A stretch of 64,000 nucleotides of DNA, taken from the NCBI GenBank assembly GCA_947478395.1, contig CANJVR010000005.1:64001-128000 (forward strand). Direction: 5' to 3'. Each line of letters begins with the position of its first letter. Within the stretch, counting starts at the first letter, position 1. This DNA is from Opitutia bacterium. GTDB lineage: Bacteria; Verrucomicrobiota; Verrucomicrobiia; Opitutales; Opitutaceae. The notes under the pieces are model-generated. The model saw only the letters and a list, made by a program, of their open reading frames with translations, had not been told where the DNA came from and searched no databases. The position numbers were made by a program, and so were the translations under genes. Positions 58,625 to 64,000 of this stretch are shown here, piece after piece.

Positions 58625-60463
58625 ATGAATTCCGAAGCCGTCTCCGCGCTCATCGCAAAAAACCCGACGCTCAAGGCGTCCAAAGCCAAATTGGAGGCGA
58701 TGGAGCAAGGTGCATATGTGGTGCACCGCAGCTGGGGTTTCGGCCAAATCAAGCGCTACGACGAAGCGGTGCAGAAGCTGATCATCGATTTCAAGGGCAA
58801 AGCCGGCCACCCGATGGATCCGGTGTTCTGTGTAACCACGATGGACGTATTGCCCGCGAAGCATCTCCTCGTGCGCAAGGAAACCGACACGAAGAAAATC
58901 GCCGAACTGATCGCTGACAATCCTGCCCAGCTCCTTGTCGAGGCGTTGCAGGCGTACCCCAACAACGCCGCCACCGCCATCGAGATCGAGATCGTGCTCG
59001 CCCAAGTTGTCGGCGACGAAAAATTCAAGAAATGGTGGTCCGTCGCCAAGAAATCGATCGCCAAGGACGCCCGCATCGCGATTCCCGCCAAGAAAACGGA
59101 GTGTTATATCATTCGTGAAACGCCCGTTTCGGCTGAGGACGAAATCGTCGAGCAATTCAACAGCACCCGTTCCGCCCGCCGCCGGATTCTGCTCGCGGAA
59201 GAACTCGTCGATGGCGCCGAAAAGAAAGCCGACCAGGCCGCGCTCACCGCCGTGCTCGCCGGTCTCGCTGAGTCCGTGAAGGACAGCAACCAGCTTGATG
59301 CTTCCGAGCGACTCTATGGCACCGTCGTCCGCGACGACCTGGCGAAACTCGTCGGTTCGGAAACCGCCTTCGAACCCACGCAAGCTGCGCTCATCGCCAA
59401 TCCCCGCGACCTGCCTGCCATCGCGGAAAAAATCCCGGTCCATTTTCAGAGCCGTTTCCTTGAGCTGATCCTAGCCACGCATCCGATCGAGGCGCGCGAC
59501 ATCGTGTTCGGCCTGCTCAAGGTATCGCAGGGCAAGTTCACGACCGAGTGCATCAATTTCCTCATCGAGCAGGGCTACGCCGACGATCTCGCCGCCACGT
59601 TGCAACGCTGGCAGACCGAGCAGAATCTCCGCGCTCCGGTGCTGCTCTGGATCGTCAAGAACCGCCACTCGAAGAAATTCGCCAAGCTGCTCAACGACCT
59701 GATTACACCCCGCCTCTTGAGCGCGATCTTCTTCGCCATCGACTACGAGGCGCTGCAGGCCGCGAGCGCCCGCCGCATTCCACTCGGCGATATTCTCAGT
59801 GAAGACACCGACCTCATCGCTGATCTGCTTTCAACCGCCGATCCCGAGACCGCCCGCGATCTCGCGAACACGTTGATGCTAAATCAGGGCTTTGAGGAAC
59901 TGACCAAGAAATCGCTCCTGGCCCGCTTTATCAAAATCTTCCCGAAGATCCAGTCGCTCGTTGCCGCCGACGCCGAGAGCAAGGAAGAGCAGCTCCTCGT
60001 GTCCCGCCCGAGCTTCGAACGTAAGCGCACCGAGTACGAAACGATCGTCTCCAAGAAGATTCCGGAAAACTCCAAGGCCATCGCCACCGCCCGCGAGCAC
60101 GGCGATTTGAAGGAAAATTCCGAGTACAAGATGGCGAAGCAGGACCAACAGGTCCTCATGGCGCAGAAGACTCTCCTCGAAAAGGAACTGGGTCGCGCGC
60201 GCATCACCGACTTCAAGGAAGCCACGACCGCCCAGGTCAGCGTCGGCAGCATCGTCGAAATCCGCACCGGCGGTTCGACCGTGAAGTACACCTTGCTCGG
60301 CGTCTGGGACGGCGATCCTGATCAGGATATTCTCTCTTACAAAACCCCCATGGGGACCGCGCTTCTCGGCAAAAAAGTCGGCGATAGCGTGAAGGTCAAA
60401 ACGGGCAACTCCGAAGATACCTACCAGATCGTCAGCATCGGCCGCTACGCTGATACGGTCTAA
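58625..60463 (+). CDS. greA: Long GreA/GreB transcript cleavage factor with large N-terminal extension
   Basis: C-terminal AREHGDLKENSEYKMAK and SYKTPMGTALLGKKVGD. Confidence 0.88.
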   Translation: MNSEAVSALIAKNPTLKASKAKLEAMEQGAYVVHRSWGFGQIKRYDEAVQKLIIDFKGKAGHPMDPVFCVTTMDVLPAKHLLVRKETDTKKIAELIADNPAQLLVEALQAYPNNAATAIEIEIVLAQVVGDEKFKKWWSVAKKSIAKDARIAIPAKKTECYIIRETPVSAEDEIVEQFNSTRSARRRILLAEELVDGAEKKADQAALTAVLAGLAESVKDSNQLDASERLYGTVVRDDLAKLVGSETAFEPTQAALIANPRDLPAIAEKIPVHFQSRFLELILATHPIEARDIVFGLLKVSQGKFTTECINFLIEQGYADDLAATLQRWQTEQNLRAPVLLWIVKNRHSKKFAKLLNDLITPRLLSAIFFAIDYEALQAASARRIPLGDILSEDTDLIADLLSTADPETARDLANTLMLNQGFEELTKKSLLARFIKIFPKIQSLVAADAESKEEQLLVSRPSFERKRTEYETIVSKKIPENSKAIATAREHGDLKENSEYKMAKQDQQVLMAQKTLLEKELGRARITDFKEATTAQVSVGSIVEIRTGGSTVKYTLLGVWDGDPDQDILSYKTPMGTALLGKKVGDSVKVKTGNSEDTYQIVSIGRYADTV

Positions 60464-60484
60464 AAACCGCTGAAATCCCCTCTC

Positions 60485-60516
60485 AGCCCGGCCGCGTTTC
60501 GCGGCCGGGCTTTTTT
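60485..60516 (+). terminator. Intrinsic terminator after greA
   Basis: AGCCCGGCCGCG-TTT-CGCGGCCGGGCT followed by a T run. Confidence 0.9.
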
Positions 60517-60885
60517 ATGCTCAATTTTTTCGAGCGCGGGTCGACAGACGGGCAGAGGTAAAAAACCTCCCACGCAAGAGGGAAGCCCAACGGGGCCACG
60601 GCTGAGGCGTGTCAGCAAAGCAAAATTCCAAACCGAGAGGAGAAGCGCTGGTCAGATTTCCCCCACGGTGAAAATCTTTAATCGGCGGCTTCGGCTGATC
60701 GCCTGCGCATTGAAGGAGGGGCGTCTGCTCATCGCGACGATTGCGACGATTACTCCAAGTCGTAGGCGATTAGACCGCGAGTGAATCCCCCTAGCGGTTC
60801 AATCACCTCAGGAGTGTTTTTTATCCGTGTTGATCCGCACCATCCGTCGTTGAAATTCGCTTACCTCCCCGTCTCCTCCATTCCC

Positions 60886-61518
60886 GTGGATCCACTCATC
60901 AAAGGCACGATCATCGGCTTCTCGATCGCGGTACCCGTCGGGCCCGTCGGCCTGCTCTGCATTCGTCGATCACTGGAGGGCGGCCGACTCGCCGGATTTG
61001 TTTCAGGTCTGGGCGCCGCCACCGCCGACACGTTCTACGGCCTGATCGCCGCGTTCAGTCTGACGGCCCTGACCAATCTGCTCATTGCGCACCGCACAAC
61101 GCTCCAAATCGTCGGCGGTCTTTTCCTGCTCTATCTCGGCATCCATACGCTGCGGTCCCATCCGCCCTCCGCAGTGGCCGGGGCCCGGGCCCGACCCGCG
61201 CCCAGTCTCACTGCAGCTTATTTTTCCACCCTCGTGCTCACCGCCACAAGTCCGGTCACAATCCTGGCGTTCCTCGGCATCTTCGCCGGCTTAGGAGTCG
61301 GCGGCAGCGCCGGCAATGCCTTCGGCGCATTCCGGCTGGTGCTCGGTGTGTTTCTCGGCAGCGCCATCTGGTGGCTGGTTCTGAGCAGCAGCGCACAATG
61401 GCTCGGCCGCAAACTGCAGCACGGCGGCCTTCGCGCCCTCAATATCGGCGCCGGCCTCGTGATCACCGCCTTCGGCCTCTGGCAACTCGCCCAACTCGCG
61501 TTCAACTCTCGTTCCTGA
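60886..61518 (+). CDS. LysE-family exporter
   Basis: GFSIAVPVGPVGLLCIRRS, GLGAATAD, GVFLGSAIWW; start taken at GTG 60886. Confidence 0.9.
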   Translation: MDPLIKGTIIGFSIAVPVGPVGLLCIRRSLEGGRLAGFVSGLGAATADTFYGLIAAFSLTALTNLLIAHRTTLQIVGGLFLLYLGIHTLRSHPPSAVAGARARPAPSLTAAYFSTLVLTATSPVTILAFLGIFAGLGVGGSAGNAFGAFRLVLGVFLGSAIWWLVLSSSAQWLGRKLQHGGLRALNIGAGLVITAFGLWQLAQLAFNSRS

Positions 61519-61667
61519 TTTCTCGACCGGCGGATACGAGAACCGCTCTTGAAAATGTAGGCCGCGTGCCCTCACCCCGCCCACAATTGATCCCCCATTC
61601 GCGGAGACAAAAGGGTTTCTCCGAGTGAAATTGCTTTTCCGGACTCACTCCCCCAGCGTCCCACCCC

Positions 61668-62606
61668 GTGAACGCCTCGTGGGATATTCTTAAAACTCTC
61701 TCCGACCCCACCCGCCTGCGCCTACTCGCCCTCGTGCTCCGCGAGGAACTCTCGGTGGCCGAACTTCAGGAAATCCTCGGCATGGGGCAGTCGCGCATTT
61801 CTTCCCAGCTGGCATTGCTCCGTCAGGCGGGCCTCGTCTCCGACCGACGCGAGGGAAAGAAAGCGTTCTACTCCCTCCGCGCCTCCCTGCCCCCACCCAC
61901 GCTCGCCCTCTTGCGCGCGGCCGTCGAATCGGTCGCCGAGTTGCCTGACCTGAGCGAGGACCGCACCAATCTCGAACGCATTCTCCAAAAACGCCGTCGC
62001 ACCTCCGAACAGTATTTCAACCTCATCGCCGGCCGCTTCGGAAAAAATTACTGCCCGGGCCGGTCATGGGAAGCCATCGGCCATCTCGCATTGCGGCTGA
62101 CGCCCGCGATCACGATTGCCGACCTCGGCGCAGGCGAAGGTCTCATTTCGCAACTTCTCGCGCAGCGTGCGAAGCAGGTTTGGTGCATCGATAATTCCCC
62201 ACGCATGGTCGAAGTCGGCACCGAACTCGCCGCGAAGAACAAGCTCGCGAATCTCGCCTACAAGCTCGGTGACATCGAGCAGGTGCCGCTCCCGGAGAAA
62301 TCCGTCGACCTCGCCATTCTCAGCCAGGCCCTGCACCACGCCCAACACCCGCAGCGGGCCGTCGACGAAGCGTTTCGCATCCTCCGTCCCGGCGGCCAGG
62401 TCCTGATCCTCGATCTCGCCGAGCACACGTTCGAGAAAGCCCGCGAACTTTACGCCGACGTCTGGTTGGGGTTTAAGGAAAGCGCGCTTCACGCTTTTCT
62501 AAAAAAATCCGGCTTTCAACAGGTCGAAGTCACTGCCGTCGCCCGCGAATCGGCGGAGCCGCACTTCGAGACGCTCCTCGCCAGCGGAATCAAATCCGGC
62601 AAGTAA
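61668..62606 (+). CDS. ArsR HTH plus SAM-methyltransferase-fold regulator (SahR-like)
   Basis: LSDPTRLRLL...QSRISSQL; CPGRSWEA; ADLGAGEG; QALHH; LRPGG. Confidence 0.88.
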   Translation: MNASWDILKTLSDPTRLRLLALVLREELSVAELQEILGMGQSRISSQLALLRQAGLVSDRREGKKAFYSLRASLPPPTLALLRAAVESVAELPDLSEDRTNLERILQKRRRTSEQYFNLIAGRFGKNYCPGRSWEAIGHLALRLTPAITIADLGAGEGLISQLLAQRAKQVWCIDNSPRMVEVGTELAAKNKLANLAYKLGDIEQVPLPEKSVDLAILSQALHHAQHPQRAVDEAFRILRPGGQVLILDLAEHTFEKARELYADVWLGFKESALHAFLKKSGFQQVEVTAVARESAEPHFETLLASGIKSGK

Positions 62607-62709
62607 GCTTCGAAAGGTAGCGTCGGGACCTCCCGGGCCCGATCGTCCGAAAATCACCGGACCGTGAACTAGGCGCGCGCCCGGAGCTCACGGCCCTGCC
62701 TTTCTCCGC

Positions 62710-63903
62710 TTAGGGCGCCCAGACGCTGCCCTGTAAGGCCGAGCCGAAGCTTTTCGGGCTGATCGGCGTGCTCTTACCAGTCTCGGTATCGAGAATGCAG
62801 AGCACATTGGTCGACGCCGAACGCGCCGTGTACACGAGGTGTCGGCCGTCGGGCAGCCAGCTGGGCTCGACGCCGTCGAATTGGGCCTTCGACACTTTCT
62901 CGCTCGCCCGTTTTGAGAAATCGTACACCGCAATCTGATAGTTGCCGCCGTCCTTCATCGTGAACGCGATCCGGTTGGGATTGCCCCGACTCCAATCCGG
63001 CTCCGTGCAATAGCCACTGATCCCTGAAGTCAGGCGGGTGGGCGTGCCACCCGTTACCGGCATGGTGTAAAGCTGTGGACCGGGCTCGCAGGCGAAAACC
63101 AGGCGCGTGCCGTCCGGCGAAAAACAAGGAGACGATTTCACCAAGTCCGAGTGAGTGAGACGCGACCGCGCATCAATGCGACCTTGCGCGTTGGCGAGCC
63201 ATACTTCGGACGAGCCCGTCCCGGTGAGAATCATCGCGACCTGCGCTCCGCTCGGACTGTAGTGCGCCCCGCTGTTCGTCCCTTTCAAACTCAAGAAGGT
63301 CGTACGCTGCAACGTGCCGAGATCGATGGTGAAGATATCCGGATAGCCCGACTTGTAAAAACTCGTGTAGATGAGTTTTGAGCCATCGGGCGACCAGCGC
63401 GGCCCAAGCGTGATGGCGTTGTCGCGCGTAATTTGCTGCACGCCACCAAAGAGAATGTCGGCCGTGTAGATCTCCTTCTTGCCGGTCCGCTCGCTGACGA
63501 ACGCCATCTTCGAGGCAAAATAACCCCGCAGGCCGAGACCATTGGTTTTCGCGACGGCCACATCGGCGGCGCGCAGCAGCGCATTGCGAACGTTGGCACC
63601 CGTGACGACTTCAGAAACCACCGAGGCGCCGCCGGCGGTTTTAACAACATCGACGCGCACCTGCGTCGGTGTAACGGCGGAGAATTTGATGTCGTACGCA
63701 AAACCACTCGCGACAACGCGGTAGCGCCCGTGCGTGCCGAAGGCCTGCAAGGCGAGCGCATTAAGTTCGGGCGTCGTAGCGGAAACGCGCACCGGCAGGG
63801 TCTTGTTGTCCGCTATGACTTCGACGGAGCCGATGTCACGCTGCGCGATCGCGGGGACGATCAATAACGCAAGCAGCAGGGAAAAACGCAGGAGTTTTTG
63901 CAT
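62710..63903 (-). CDS. tolB: TolB-like beta-propeller protein
   Basis: Signal peptide, PD40 repeats (PRWSPDG, YSPSG, FSPDG, PSWLPDGRHLVY). Confidence 0.85.
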   Translation of the reverse strand: MQKLLRFSLLLALLIVPAIAQRDIGSVEVIADNKTLPVRVSATTPELNALALQAFGTHGRYRVVASGFAYDIKFSAVTPTQVRVDVVKTAGGASVVSEVVTGANVRNALLRAADVAVAKTNGLGLRGYFASKMAFVSERTGKKEIYTADILFGGVQQITRDNAITLGPRWSPDGSKLIYTSFYKSGYPDIFTIDLGTLQRTTFLSLKGTNSGAHYSPSGAQVAMILTGTGSSEVWLANAQGRIDARSRLTHSDLVKSSPCFSPDGTRLVFACEPGPQLYTMPVTGGTPTRLTSGISGYCTEPDWSRGNPNRIAFTMKDGGNYQIAVYDFSKRASEKVSKAQFDGVEPSWLPDGRHLVYTARSASTNVLCILDTETGKSTPISPKSFGSALQGSVWAP

Positions 63904-64000
63904 GATGGAAAAATAAATGCGGGAAAATTTTCGCGACGCGAAGGGCTTTCTATTTGCGCGCTGCTCCCGCTTAACAACTCTAATTTGTTCACAATCGCAC

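Noticed and set aside
60540..60730. Lysine, FMN, cobalamin or SAM riboswitch upstream of lysE
   Set aside because: Only isolated short motifs match (AGAGGT, GGTGAAAATC); the ordered consensus of none of these classes is present.

Overview
GC-rich bacterial chromosomal window whose gene content and repeats point to Verrucomicrobia, probably Opitutaceae (inferred from protein families, no database search). It is mostly core and accessory genes: a porin-pstSCAB-phoU-phoB operon, PTS IIA-clcB, a SNF2 helicase, a four-gene glycolipid/PlcP-like operon, waaA, three M16 peptidase genes, aspC, secG, parB, tetR-fabF, a HIT-phoH-7TM/HD-ybeY-DUF502-recO-like cluster, a nuclease-XPD helicase, two large secreted proteins sharing a duplicated C-terminal domain, rsmB, a long GreA, lysE, an ArsR-methyltransferase regulator and tolB. 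I saw no rRNA, tRNA, CRISPR array, transposase or phage genes. Main observations: (1) matching triple Pho boxes upstream of both the pst operon and the glycolipid operon, suggesting PhoB-controlled membrane lipid remodelling; (2) a ~135-165 bp MITE-like repeat with TAGAGCGG/CCGCTCTA ends enclosing a GTAG-type REP doublet, five copies; (3) short palindromes and heptamer repeats sitting in frame inside proteins; (4) two candidate structured RNAs, at 22609-22765 (6S-like rod) and 60532-60780. Start codons were chosen by eye and some are uncertain.
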